From the IMG/VR virus record IMGVR_UViG_3300032280_000753, positions 77,403 to 141,402 of that record: DNA of 64,000 nucleotides. The stretch is one strand, 5' to 3'. Under the pieces are notes generated by a model. The model saw only the letters and a list, made by a program, of their open reading frames with translations. It searched no databases and was not told where the DNA came from. Made by a program: the position numbers and the translations under genes. Each line of letters opens with the position of its first letter. Position 1 is the first letter of the stretch. Of the stretch, positions 25,601 through 36,081 are shown piece after piece. Source of the DNA: a virus. Lineage: Duplodnaviria; Caudoviricetes.

Positions 25601-26314
25601 TCAGGTTAATTTGTTGATCTGAACCAATATGTCTAATGTAGCTCCGGATTGTAATCCGGTAACTTTCATATACGTATTGATTGTGGTCTTAGTGCTGGTA
25701 CCATTTACAGCGCCATATATTTGAAACTGAGATGTTGTGATAGAACGAGTTCTTAAAGTAAAGTTAAGAACTGAACCATTTGTGTCAGAAGACTTGCCGG
25801 CGGTAGATGCGATTAGATATGATGATGTTTGATTTTGAGACTCTGTATATTCCGGCGTTTCTTTGTCTATATCTAAAAATTGTGAGTTGATTTGAATCAT
25901 ATATGTAGCGTCTACCAACTCACTATTAACATTAAGCGGATCAGCAAATACTTGTTGGATTGATACGTTTGAAGTTTTTGCATTTGATGCACCAATTTGA
26001 ATATTCGTTGAGTTACCAACAAGACTAATGCTTGGTAGATATATTAGATTTGGATCAGAAACCGATACACAACGATATTTTTGTGCCAAAGAACCATTGG
26101 TAAGTGCTTCAAAGATTGGTGTATTTTTCTCAATCTTTTCTTTGCCTACTGTGCGACCATATTTTTGAATGATGCCGTAATCGATTTCATCATCGCCAAG
26201 AGCAAATTTGCTAACTTTAAAGCTTTGATTGTTTTGTGAAAGAAATTTTCTTCCAGTATCGGTTAGAACAGCATCTAATATGATGTTATTTGTATCACCT
26301 TGTAAAAATCCCAT
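25601..26314 (-). CDS. Baseplate/tail structural protein
   Basis: N-terminal ILDAVLTDTGRKFL...KFALGDDEIDY, a tail-collar/fibre-attachment-like start. Confidence 0.6.
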   Translation of the reverse strand: MGFLQGDTNNIILDAVLTDTGRKFLSQNNQSFKVSKFALGDDEIDYGIIQKYGRTVGKEKIEKNTPIFEALTNGSLAQKYRCVSVSDPNLIYLPSISLVGNSTNIQIGASNAKTSNVSIQQVFADPLNVNSELVDATYMIQINSQFLDIDKETPEYTESQNQTSSYLIASTAGKSSDTNGSVLNFTLRTRSITTSQFQIYGAVNGTSTKTTINTYMKVTGLQSGATLDILVQINKLT

Positions 26315-26329
26315 ATGTATCTCCAGACC

Positions 26330-28261
26330 TTATTTTATTAAACTAAGCTTGTCGGTGGTTAAGCTTCCTATATTATTATTTATTGAAGTAGTTGAATTTT
26401 TTGATATGTTATTTGTTCCAGGCTTATTACTTTGATTTCTCGTATCTTGCAAGGCAATATCAATAGTTTGTTCGCTTTGAAGGTCAATATTAATCATTTG
26501 TAGTTTATAGATAGAATTTGAATCTGTCTTCAATAATTGTAAATCTGTCGGCGGACTACCCTGACTCGTGACTTTTAAGTATTCCGGATTGAAGATTATT
26601 TGTAACTTTTTAGAACCACTTGTTCTTATTGAGTCAACAAATGCATCTTTTTGTAAGAAAAAGTTTGGATATGCTTTCGGAGCGCCTTGCTTAGATATTG
26701 ATCTTTTAATTAATTTATTTTGATTTCTATCAAAAGATATCTGTAATTGAACCGAATAATTTGAACTGTTTCCATGAGCATCTATAGAAGCCAGCGCATA
26801 TATGGCGTTACTTTCCTTCGTAAACTCATCATCTCTATAGTATTTTATTGGCAATGCTGTGCCATTTGCGCTACGTAAATTATCAACCAAGACTTGATCT
26901 ACAAAATTTTCAGACATCTCTAATGCAGACAAAGGAGTTTGACTATCATTGAAATCATAAACTTTATACAATTGAAATGGTTCATTGACTCCATTTCTTT
27001 TGAATACTTGAACATATTTTATGTCACGTTGTGGATTCACTGGCAGATTCCATGATAAAAATGGGAGATTCGTTTGATAATCCCATGTGATATCAAAATC
27101 TACAGGTGGCGGAGGAGGAACGGTTTCTTTACACGTTATATAGACTTCAGGACTTCTCTGAGATGCCACCAGATAAGTTGTCATACCAAATTCAATACTA
27201 TCGTCAGTAATATTGTAAGTTGGTATTTCTAATAAGAATACTGACTTAACTGTGTAGCCGTATTGTGTTCCATATTTGACATTATAATCAATGCATTCAG
27301 AAACGTTTATAGAGTCAACTATAACTGGAGGTTTAGTTATAGGTTGTCCGGTCGTCGGATATTCTGTTTTCTCTACAATGTAGCCAATTAGTTGAAAATC
27401 TGTTTTATATACTCCTGGTTGAACTTCTGTATTATAGCTGATGTAATTTGGCATATTCATTTGATAATCAACAGCATCAATTACAGAGTTTGATCTCGCT
27501 ACAATAGCATTTTCCTGCACTGTGTTTGCCAAAGGCAAAGTGGCATAGGTTTCATTGCCGTATATGTTGTCTGGTTGTTGAACCGAGGATCTTAGTAGAG
27601 TGGCGATTCTTTTATTATTGAAAGAAGCCTTAAGCTTAACGTTTCTAATTTGATTGATTATACTTTCAGTTATAGCCGCTTTGTTTTCATTGTTGATGTA
27701 TTTGACACCATTTTTTTCCAAATCAATAAAAGATTCAGCTAAGAAACTTGATTCAACTTGATTTGAAGTATTTGCATTTAATATTTTTACTATATCAAGT
27801 TGAGATAGACTATTAGTATCTATAGATTGTTGAACTATAATTGAGTTAATTGCTTTATTAATAGCATATAGAACTTTTCCATCTGCTCCATTATCTTTGA
27901 ATAAGATGCTTGTAAAAAAATCTGATGATAGCGTTTCTTCATCTAATATTTTATCTAAGTTGTTTTTTATTGATACGGTGCCAATCCAATCGGGTCTATT
28001 TCCAAGTATTATTGGATTCCATTTGAGATTAACGTAACGTGGAACAAATCGTTCAATTTTTCTTTTTAACTGTTGTCTTAACGTAATGTTTTGATAGTTT
28101 TGAAGATCATTTTGTAGACGATTTGGGGTTGCATTGAGAGGATTTTCATTCTTATATTCATCAGGCAAATAAAAATTGTATACAAACGAAGCCTCTGGAA
28201 TTTGTATTTCGCCAGGAGCATCTATGATTACAGCTTTGTTAGATGGATATGATTTCGTCAT
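26330..28261 (-). CDS. Putative virion protein with Ig/FN3-like domains
   Basis: YGYTVKS, PPPPVDF...LSW and YALASIDAHGNSS FN3-like patterns. Confidence 0.55.
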   Translation of the reverse strand: MTKSYPSNKAVIIDAPGEIQIPEASFVYNFYLPDEYKNENPLNATPNRLQNDLQNYQNITLRQQLKRKIERFVPRYVNLKWNPIILGNRPDWIGTVSIKNNLDKILDEETLSSDFFTSILFKDNGADGKVLYAINKAINSIIVQQSIDTNSLSQLDIVKILNANTSNQVESSFLAESFIDLEKNGVKYINNENKAAITESIINQIRNVKLKASFNNKRIATLLRSSVQQPDNIYGNETYATLPLANTVQENAIVARSNSVIDAVDYQMNMPNYISYNTEVQPGVYKTDFQLIGYIVEKTEYPTTGQPITKPPVIVDSINVSECIDYNVKYGTQYGYTVKSVFLLEIPTYNITDDSIEFGMTTYLVASQRSPEVYITCKETVPPPPPVDFDITWDYQTNLPFLSWNLPVNPQRDIKYVQVFKRNGVNEPFQLYKVYDFNDSQTPLSALEMSENFVDQVLVDNLRSANGTALPIKYYRDDEFTKESNAIYALASIDAHGNSSNYSVQLQISFDRNQNKLIKRSISKQGAPKAYPNFFLQKDAFVDSIRTSGSKKLQIIFNPEYLKVTSQGSPPTDLQLLKTDSNSIYKLQMINIDLQSEQTIDIALQDTRNQSNKPGTNNISKNSTTSINNNIGSLTTDKLSLIK

Positions 28262-28271
28262 GTAGTATCCT

Positions 28272-31200
28272 TCAGAATATCTTTTTTCTTGTGATATTAT
28301 TATTCAAACCCTGTGTCACCAAAGCATTACGCAACGTTGATCTTAAACGTGACATACTATTGCCATTAGCGGTCTGCGTTATGGTTGGAACTATAGTTCC
28401 TTGTCTCGTATCTTCTGCGGTTTCTATCTGAACAAATATGTCCTTGAGAATAAACTCGGATGCCTTACCATCAATAAGATAATATTTGTTATTTTGACCT
28501 TCTTTTCTGTATATAATTTTATTTCCCAATGGCGTCAATAATGCATTGATGTCTGGATTTAGTAACTTTGTTTTTTCAATGTCAATTTCCATTACATACA
28601 TTTGCATTGGCAAATAAAATATTCTGTCAAAGAGTTTTGGATACAAAACACGACTAATAACTTCGCCTTGATTGAAAACCAAACTTCCATATGTGAATAT
28701 TCTATATAGGTCTTTTACATCATCAGCTATATCCGGATTAGCTAATATTTGTGCCGTTGAACTTTCTCCAGAAGGAACCGTTAGTTTCAATTGCTTTAAA
28801 TAAGCATCTATTAAATTTCTTGCTTTTGGATTGAGAATACGAGCTGGCGCTGTGGGGAAAACAAATGTATCTTCCGATGGTTTAACACCGGTTGTCATAC
28901 TCATATACAAACCAAACAAATAGCTATTTGTATGATTGACAATAAGCTCTTTAATTTGTTCTTCATTTAAGAAATTATATTTTGGATCTTTTTTAAGAGA
29001 ATCGTATGATACTTCTTTTGGATTGAAAGGTTCTTCGAAATCTGTAATCGATAATCTGTTAAGGACATCAAGATATCTTTCGCCAACTTGAGGTTTTGTG
29101 TCAATCAAATTCTTTTTTGTTGTAAAAAGGCTGGCATCAAAAATAAGCTTCGTTGGTTTAAATATCAAATTTGGATACTTGGCATTACGCACATAAACGT
29201 TAACGTATATAATGTCTCCTTGACGATCTCTAAATGTTTTATCATTAACGTTTCTAATGCTTATTTTATCCGTCAGATACTTCGTAAACCCCGAAGGAAG
29301 ACCAACCGTTAGTATCTTATAATTTCTTTTTATATCTGCTTCACCAAAGCCTGTTGTTGGTTTATAGTTTTCTAACATCTTTTCTAATGCAGCATATTCT
29401 TCCGGAACTATAGCATCTGACACTATCATCTCAATATCTTTAATATTCGTATTTGAGTTAGTGCCGCCGCCAGGATTTGATACAAACTCGAGTGGAACAT
29501 TAGTTTTTTGTCTTATGTCTTGAAATGTTTGTGCTGATATACGAAGCTGAGAAAGGTTTTTGATTAAATTTAAGTTTGTTATTGGACTTGATTTCAAAAA
29601 AGCTTTTAATCCATCTTGTGTGAAGAATTGTTTTACTTGATTTAGTGAAAGATTTAAGTTGTCTCCAATAACTTTATATATTCCCAATATATTGCTTATA
29701 TCATCATATTCTTGTTGAATTTTTTTCTTGTTATTTTCCAATGCAACAAAATATATGTTGTTACTTCTTTCAGTTTGCAAATCTTCTTCTTTAGAATCTG
29801 AAGTAAGAAGTCCTATAGCCTTTTGTGTCATTCCAGTATTTGTTAAATCAATTGCCAAATTAACGATGTTGATAACTCCCGTTTTTGTTTCCGAAGAAAC
29901 AGCCGCTGTGAAACTAACATTTACTGTTCCATCTGGTCCAGGTTGGTCACCTTGTTTATCTGCTTGAACGGTATAAGACCCAGATACTCTTGTTTCTGTT
30001 AGTTGTATTTTTCCAAAGATATCTTGACTTATACTTCCCTTTATTTTTATGAATGAATACTTTTTAGCATATTGACAAAATATTTCATAAAGCATAAAAA
30101 GCTGAGTGCTACAACTAAGAGAACTCAATCTTGTTCTTCCGGAATTGTCATTTAGCAAATGCACATTTGAACCATTGACTTGTGCCGACTCAAAAAAAAT
30201 GTTGGCAAGATTAATATATTGATATATTAAATTAACGTTTCCAAATGGTCCTTGAGCTAAAGCAGCTTTTTGCAAAACGTTTGATATGTCAGAAATGCTT
30301 ATAAATGTAGTAATCTCTTTGCCGCTATTAAATCCAGAAACATATGGATTGTTTGGAGATTCGGATTTTATTGCTTTTTGATATCCGCCTGATATTGCAT
30401 CGGCAGATTGTTTAAGCAAATTAAAAAGCTTCGAACCGTCTACTGTGCTTGTGTTTTCAGCTTGACTAAGATCTGTATTCATAGTGCTATACAAAGAAGA
30501 AAGTTTTGAGACTGTATCTATCTCATTTCTTGCCAATATATTGAACAGACCTGTTTTTTGTTCTGGCATATTTCTTATGAGTCCAGCTAATATACAGAAC
30601 TGAAAAAGCGTAACCTTTAAATCTGGATCTGAATTGGCAGCATTGAATATGCTCATTATTAAAGCTTGTTCGGTGGTTACTTCAAGAATTCCTGGATCTG
30701 GCACATTAAGTTCATTAATCTGTCTTGTAAGATCGTCAATTCTTTTTTGTAGAGCTTTGACAATAGGAGGATTCTTGATTTCATCAATTGCTTTGTCAAT
30801 CCCGGACTCAGTAGCCTGATATCCATTGTCCCGCTGTCCAGACGAGTTTAGACCACCTCCCTGGCGTGATACTTCGAACTCACCAGCCGGAATATTTTTT
30901 TGCTCTTCTGTCAACTGTTCTGTAGCTTCTTTCTTGCTTTGTTCCAGAGCCAGTTTCTTAAGATATTTTGCAGGATCTAATCTACTTGCAACCTCTTCTT
31001 CGGTTTCAGTAACTTTATCAAATGCAACATAAAAAGCTTGCAATATTTTCTTTTGAAGGTCAATCGGATTCAACAGTCTATCTATTGTTTGACCAGCAGT
31101 TGTGGTATCTTCAACGTTAAAAAGAGTAGTAATGATATCAGAAGCATTTTGAACTATTGAAGTGTAATTGCTTATATACGTCGTATAAGGTTCTGTATTC

Positions 31201-32630
31201 CATTCTGTCCCAGAGGGTTTTATAATTTGTTCAGAATAATAAGAATCACCAGGAATCCAAACCAAATTTGAGTTGTTGGGATCGTTAATATATTTTGTTT
31301 CAAAAGGCAATACATTGACATTTGATTGTCCTTGCAATGGAACATATGTTAACGATGATATTCCATTTCTATTTCGTGGCGCTTGTAGTATGTTATTTGA
31401 GATATCTCCCAGTATAGCTACGAATGGATTTCCAGAATTTGGTGCATTAAATTTTTTCAGCAATGTTTGATTTTTTGAATTTCCAAGTCCGCTTGAGATA
31501 ACGTATTCTTTGGCTAAAACATATGTAAGTAAATTAATTCTTGAATCTGTCTCTATTGGTAATAAGCTTAAGAACTTGTTAAAAGTAGAAGGGTCAGATG
31601 CATTAATAATAGCATTATTTTGAGGCTGAAAATTTGATATATCAAAGTTATAACCAACTGTTTCTTGACTTAGATCTATATTGATAGGGCTAAGGTCGCT
31701 CCGACGTGCCAAGTTTAATCTATCCAAAAATCCAAATGAATAGTTTTTAAGTCTTACGTTAAAATCATACAAAAGCTGTAAGAAAAGCTTTGTTTCAGAA
31801 AATATTGAATATTGTTCTTCTGTATATTTCATGTTTTCAATGAAAAACTTCTTAATAGAAGGAATATTCTTTTGATTAATTTTATAATTTTCTTCTGGTA
31901 TTAATCTTATTTCAAATGATTTCTTGATCGTGTTGATATTATCTAATACATTTTTATAAAAATTTAGGTTATTTTGAACGAGTTGAATTTCTCCAAGATA
32001 ATCATTACGAACCGGTCCAAATACATTATTTTGAGTATTAGCCGCTTTAACGTTTTTAATAACGCTTAATAATGTATCTTGTCTCAACTGTTTGGTCTGA
32101 TATTGAAACTTTAAAAACAAACCAGAATCCGTGTATTGTCTCTGTAATATAGAATCTGCATTCGCTGAATTGGTTAAAGCTTTCCACATTGGAGCTAAAT
32201 CCAAAACAGAGATCAGTTCTGGACGCAAATCTTGTCCGGACACACCTGCGCTCGCCGCAAATTGAAGTTGATTATCTGTTGACGTTAATGCTGCAACATT
32301 TAATGAATCTTGAGACAGCTTGGCGCTTGTTTGTTCAAGAGGAGGAGAATAAGAAATAAGCGCCGGAACGGTCCTGCCGCCTTGTAACGGCTTTTGATTT
32401 AGTAATGCGTATAAGGTATTAGTATTAATTTTGCGAGCGTTATAGCTGACATTAGGAGGAGCAACAAAATTAAAGTTTTTTGTATTTGGTATACGATTAA
32501 TCAAATTTGCAAATGTGATATCAACGGTTTCATTAACACCAGAAGCAATAGAATCACCAAGTGTTTCTTTCGCTGGATTGGTAACAATACCCGCATCGTT
32601 TCCAGTTGTTTTTCTTATATTGACTGACAT
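28272..32630 (-). CDS. Large hypothetical virion-associated protein (1452 aa)
   Basis: Long ORF inside the structural module with a late-type motif upstream. Confidence 0.6.
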   Translation of the reverse strand: MSVNIRKTTGNDAGIVTNPAKETLGDSIASGVNETVDITFANLINRIPNTKNFNFVAPPNVSYNARKINTNTLYALLNQKPLQGGRTVPALISYSPPLEQTSAKLSQDSLNVAALTSTDNQLQFAASAGVSGQDLRPELISVLDLAPMWKALTNSANADSILQRQYTDSGLFLKFQYQTKQLRQDTLLSVIKNVKAANTQNNVFGPVRNDYLGEIQLVQNNLNFYKNVLDNINTIKKSFEIRLIPEENYKINQKNIPSIKKFFIENMKYTEEQYSIFSETKLFLQLLYDFNVRLKNYSFGFLDRLNLARRSDLSPINIDLSQETVGYNFDISNFQPQNNAIINASDPSTFNKFLSLLPIETDSRINLLTYVLAKEYVISSGLGNSKNQTLLKKFNAPNSGNPFVAILGDISNNILQAPRNRNGISSLTYVPLQGQSNVNVLPFETKYINDPNNSNLVWIPGDSYYSEQIIKPSGTEWNTEPYTTYISNYTSIVQNASDIITTLFNVEDTTTAGQTIDRLLNPIDLQKKILQAFYVAFDKVTETEEEVASRLDPAKYLKKLALEQSKKEATEQLTEEQKNIPAGEFEVSRQGGGLNSSGQRDNGYQATESGIDKAIDEIKNPPIVKALQKRIDDLTRQINELNVPDPGILEVTTEQALIMSIFNAANSDPDLKVTLFQFCILAGLIRNMPEQKTGLFNILARNEIDTVSKLSSLYSTMNTDLSQAENTSTVDGSKLFNLLKQSADAISGGYQKAIKSESPNNPYVSGFNSGKEITTFISISDISNVLQKAALAQGPFGNVNLIYQYINLANIFFESAQVNGSNVHLLNDNSGRTRLSSLSCSTQLFMLYEIFCQYAKKYSFIKIKGSISQDIFGKIQLTETRVSGSYTVQADKQGDQPGPDGTVNVSFTAAVSSETKTGVINIVNLAIDLTNTGMTQKAIGLLTSDSKEEDLQTERSNNIYFVALENNKKKIQQEYDDISNILGIYKVIGDNLNLSLNQVKQFFTQDGLKAFLKSSPITNLNLIKNLSQLRISAQTFQDIRQKTNVPLEFVSNPGGGTNSNTNIKDIEMIVSDAIVPEEYAALEKMLENYKPTTGFGEADIKRNYKILTVGLPSGFTKYLTDKISIRNVNDKTFRDRQGDIIYVNVYVRNAKYPNLIFKPTKLIFDASLFTTKKNLIDTKPQVGERYLDVLNRLSITDFEEPFNPKEVSYDSLKKDPKYNFLNEEQIKELIVNHTNSYLFGLYMSMTTGVKPSEDTFVFPTAPARILNPKARNLIDAYLKQLKLTVPSGESSTAQILANPDIADDVKDLYRIFTYGSLVFNQGEVISRVLYPKLFDRIFYLPMQMYVMEIDIEKTKLLNPDINALLTPLGNKIIYRKEGQNNKYYLIDGKASEFILKDIFVQIETAEDTRQGTIVPTITQTANGNSMSRLRSTLRNALVTQGLNNNITRKKIF

Positions 32631-32648
32631 AGGCTTTTATAAGTAGTA

Positions 32649-35105
32649 TTATATGACAATTCTATTTGTTTGTGATGGTGCGCCTTGCATATCATTGTAA
32701 TAAACTGGATTTATAAAGTATGTAGCTGGTCCCTTTTCGTCATTATTGAGCTGATCTAAATACGTATATTTGCCTGTAGAGTTCATGCTGTGAGCAGCTC
32801 CAACAATTGTTTTAAGTCCAGACATATCACGAGTTATAATAAAATAGTCAACTTTTTTATGGTTTCCAGATACGCTCCACTCTATTAAGCAACCCCTATT
32901 CCTAATGAAGTTAACAACAGAGTTGATAATTTTAGGAAGGTCTTCAAGCGCCAATATTGACGTTTCTTTTATATCAATTACCGGACCAAATTCAAACGAT
33001 GGTAACGTTTGAGGATAGCTTCTTATTATAGATGTGTCGCTATATAAAGTGCCATTTCTAAAAGTTACTGGCTGGCTCCATTCATATGGATAATACTCAT
33101 AACTCTTTATAAGATTTAAGTTTTTTCTACTTTCCTTAACTGTCTTTGAGACAGTTCTATGGATGGTAGGATATAAAGTTTCCGGATCCCTTAAAAGAGT
33201 TGTAATCGTATACTTGTATTCTATCCCAGGAACTAATGGTTTTATGCCTTTTGATGTCCCTTGTTTTCTATCAGAAAAATTAACATCAGTTATAACGCCA
33301 AAATCTTCAATCTCATTAGAATATTTATTAAGTCTTATGACCTTGTAAGCAAATAAATTTTGTAATTTTTGTTTGTTGTTAATTATTTCTTGACCATATT
33401 CTGCTAATAGATTTTGATCAGTAAAAAGTTTCTTAAGATCCTCCGCTTGGTTACTGTTGATGCTATAGGAAACAGTAAATGTTACGTCAGGGATACCATT
33501 ACCATACGTAGTGTTTTGTATGTTTGTTATATTGGCGGTTGCTATGTTCTTATCAATTGGTCTAAACTCAATAGTCAATAACTGAGGAGCCATCTGTTCG
33601 ATGCCATCTAAATATATAATCCCAATCTTGTATTCATAAACGTTATATTTTTTAACATTCGTATCGACCAATCTCATTGGTAAAACACTATTAGATTGAA
33701 CACGAATTATGTTTGAAATACGAGTAAATTTATCTTGATTAATAGTCTTATTTCTTCTATAGAAACATATGGCTACAGCTTCAACTGGAACATCGGTCGC
33801 TTTAATAATTAATGAATCAACATCGGTAGAATAATCCAAAACACAGAAGCTTCTTCTATTGGTAACTTTTCTTGGAAGAGAACGACTGTCATTTGGTATT
33901 AGAATAGTGCTAAAAACTGAAGCTAAAGATTTGTCTTCATCATATGGAATAAATCTATAAATGATATCATTGTTTGTTTTAACATTGTCTCTGAAAGTAT
34001 ATGGGTCCATTCCAGAGGTTAAAGGGATATCAGCAATTTTAACATAATTAGCCGTTGTATCATTAGCCTGTGAAAATAAGGTTCTACGATAAACGGAAAT
34101 TCCTTTTGCGAATGGGTCCAATTGTTCTACCATCATAGTAGTTCCTGATGAACCAGGATTATTTTTCTTATTAATTCTTGGAGGTATAGTGATGAATAAA
34201 GTGTTAACATTTGTATTGTGGGATACGAATACCTCAAATCTTTGAAGTCTTCTTTCATTATTATCAAACAACTCAAATATTAATTTGAAATCTGATTTTC
34301 CAAATATGCTAACGGGGATTATGATTTTATCTGAAACGTTAATTGTTTCCGTTGCAACTTTTTTAATGGTTGTTACATATGTGTCTTCTGGTAAGCTTCC
34401 TTGTGTATTGATTGTAGTTTTAGAAAGTGCTGAAGATATGATATTTTTAACTCTTGAGTTTTGAGAGAACAATGAGGTTTGAGTAAAGTTTAAAAGCGGC
34501 TTAACGCCAGCGAAAGTTTTTGTCAATGGAACAATAGCATTAGTTCCGCCAACATACAAACTCGCCGGATCAATCTTCTGTGTATATCTAAGATTATTTA
34601 GTTGCTTTCTTAGATTGAACTTACTTGGAGCAATGTTCTGTAACAAGTTGGCATTGATATTAAGATTATTAGTATTTGCGTTTTGATTTAGTGCATTCAT
34701 TGCACCAACATTTTCACTGACAAATACACGTGTATATAGATCGTTATTTTTAATATCACTAACAGAATAATATTTACGGATATCTCGTCTTACGGAAAAA
34801 GCATAATTGTTTCTGGCATAAGATAAATTTTGATATATATTGACTTGCTGCAATATGTTATCAACCATCGTTTCTGCCGATGATCCTTTTATGATTTGAG
34901 GTTTTCTATTGTTGTTTCCAAGTTCTGTAGAAACGCTTATCGTTAAGGATGTTGCCTTTAAAGCATCTGCCAACTTAGGATTAAAGGAATACGTTAAACG
35001 ATATATAGCTAAACCACTTATAACTTTATTAAGAACTGGATTTACTGTATCTTGTTTTATTATTGTGGATTGCGGAGATTGCTTGCTTAAAACCGGTAAT
35101 ACCAT
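32649..35105 (-). CDS. Putative virion protein with Ig/FN3-like repeats (818 aa)
   Basis: Repeated D.....Y.Y.I patterns (DTNVKKYNVYEYKI, PGIEYKYTI). Confidence 0.55.
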   Translation of the reverse strand: MVLPVLSKQSPQSTIIKQDTVNPVLNKVISGLAIYRLTYSFNPKLADALKATSLTISVSTELGNNNRKPQIIKGSSAETMVDNILQQVNIYQNLSYARNNYAFSVRRDIRKYYSVSDIKNNDLYTRVFVSENVGAMNALNQNANTNNLNINANLLQNIAPSKFNLRKQLNNLRYTQKIDPASLYVGGTNAIVPLTKTFAGVKPLLNFTQTSLFSQNSRVKNIISSALSKTTINTQGSLPEDTYVTTIKKVATETINVSDKIIIPVSIFGKSDFKLIFELFDNNERRLQRFEVFVSHNTNVNTLFITIPPRINKKNNPGSSGTTMMVEQLDPFAKGISVYRRTLFSQANDTTANYVKIADIPLTSGMDPYTFRDNVKTNNDIIYRFIPYDEDKSLASVFSTILIPNDSRSLPRKVTNRRSFCVLDYSTDVDSLIIKATDVPVEAVAICFYRRNKTINQDKFTRISNIIRVQSNSVLPMRLVDTNVKKYNVYEYKIGIIYLDGIEQMAPQLLTIEFRPIDKNIATANITNIQNTTYGNGIPDVTFTVSYSINSNQAEDLKKLFTDQNLLAEYGQEIINNKQKLQNLFAYKVIRLNKYSNEIEDFGVITDVNFSDRKQGTSKGIKPLVPGIEYKYTITTLLRDPETLYPTIHRTVSKTVKESRKNLNLIKSYEYYPYEWSQPVTFRNGTLYSDTSIIRSYPQTLPSFEFGPVIDIKETSILALEDLPKIINSVVNFIRNRGCLIEWSVSGNHKKVDYFIITRDMSGLKTIVGAAHSMNSTGKYTYLDQLNNDEKGPATYFINPVYYNDMQGAPSQTNRIVI

Positions 35106-35112
35106 ATTAATC

Positions 35113-36078
35113 CTATAGCTCCCAAACCAAAGTAAACATATTCACGAAAGTTGGGGTATTGTTGCTGTCTATAAATACTTTACCAACGAAAAATACGTGA
35201 TGGGCATTTCCGTTTTGGTCTGGAGGGAATATGCCATAGTCAATAACATCAAGCTTCTTCATCCCATCTGAATATACCTCAAAGAATTGACATAACAAGT
35301 TATTTTGACGTGAGGTTTCCGTAAAATCAATATCGTAGCTATAACCAGTCTGTTGAGATGCGCTCAGCTCCGTAGCTAAATCTTGATAAGAAACATATGG
35401 AGCTTGATTTAAGTTTTTATATGATCCAATCACTAAAGAATTTGTTTTGCCTATTCTTGGCTTGTTAATTGGAGGCATGTATTGGAAGTTTGGTATATGG
35501 GAAAGTCTCTTGTCAAAGAATATACTTTCTACTTTGTCAATATCAATTTCCTGTATGCCAGCAGATGATATTGGATTGGTATCATTAATCTTATATGTTA
35601 ATTGTGTTTTATCAATAATGAATTCGTTAAAGTTTATGTCTAATGGATCTGGGCTGGCTAATATCGAAAGCTTCTTAAAGTTTTCTAAAGATGAACTTAG
35701 CAGAGTTGTTGCTAATGAGGCAAACTGTGATCCGCTTATAAACGGCGCTTCAAATCTTGTTGAGCCGGTAAGAACAGGAAATACTTTTCCAGCTCTTACT
35801 CTATATCCATTATCTCCATCGACAAAGTTGGCTAATAGATTGCCACTATCATCAGTTTCAAATACAATGCTGTCCTGTGGCAGATTACCGGCTTCAAATG
35901 TTAAACGTGAGGTGAAGTCAAGTCCACCAGATACAAGCGTATCTAAGGCATATATGGCGCCCGCATCGCTAAAGGATACGTATTCAACATTCATCTTTCC
36001 AGTAGCAGCTTGTCTTCTGCCTTCATTGGTGATGACCGTATCTAATACTCGAGTTTTAGGATCTAATAGTCCAGCCAT
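35113..36078 (-). CDS. Baseplate/tail structural protein, paralogue of 25601-26314
   Basis: N-terminal VLDTVITNEGRRQ...SFSD...Y. Confidence 0.6.
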   Translation of the reverse strand: MAGLLDPKTRVLDTVITNEGRRQAATGKMNVEYVSFSDAGAIYALDTLVSGGLDFTSRLTFEAGNLPQDSIVFETDDSGNLLANFVDGDNGYRVRAGKVFPVLTGSTRFEAPFISGSQFASLATTLLSSSLENFKKLSILASPDPLDINFNEFIIDKTQLTYKINDTNPISSAGIQEIDIDKVESIFFDKRLSHIPNFQYMPPINKPRIGKTNSLVIGSYKNLNQAPYVSYQDLATELSASQQTGYSYDIDFTETSRQNNLLCQFFEVYSDGMKKLDVIDYGIFPPDQNGNAHHVFFVGKVFIDSNNTPTFVNMFTLVWEL

Positions 36079-36081
36079 AAA

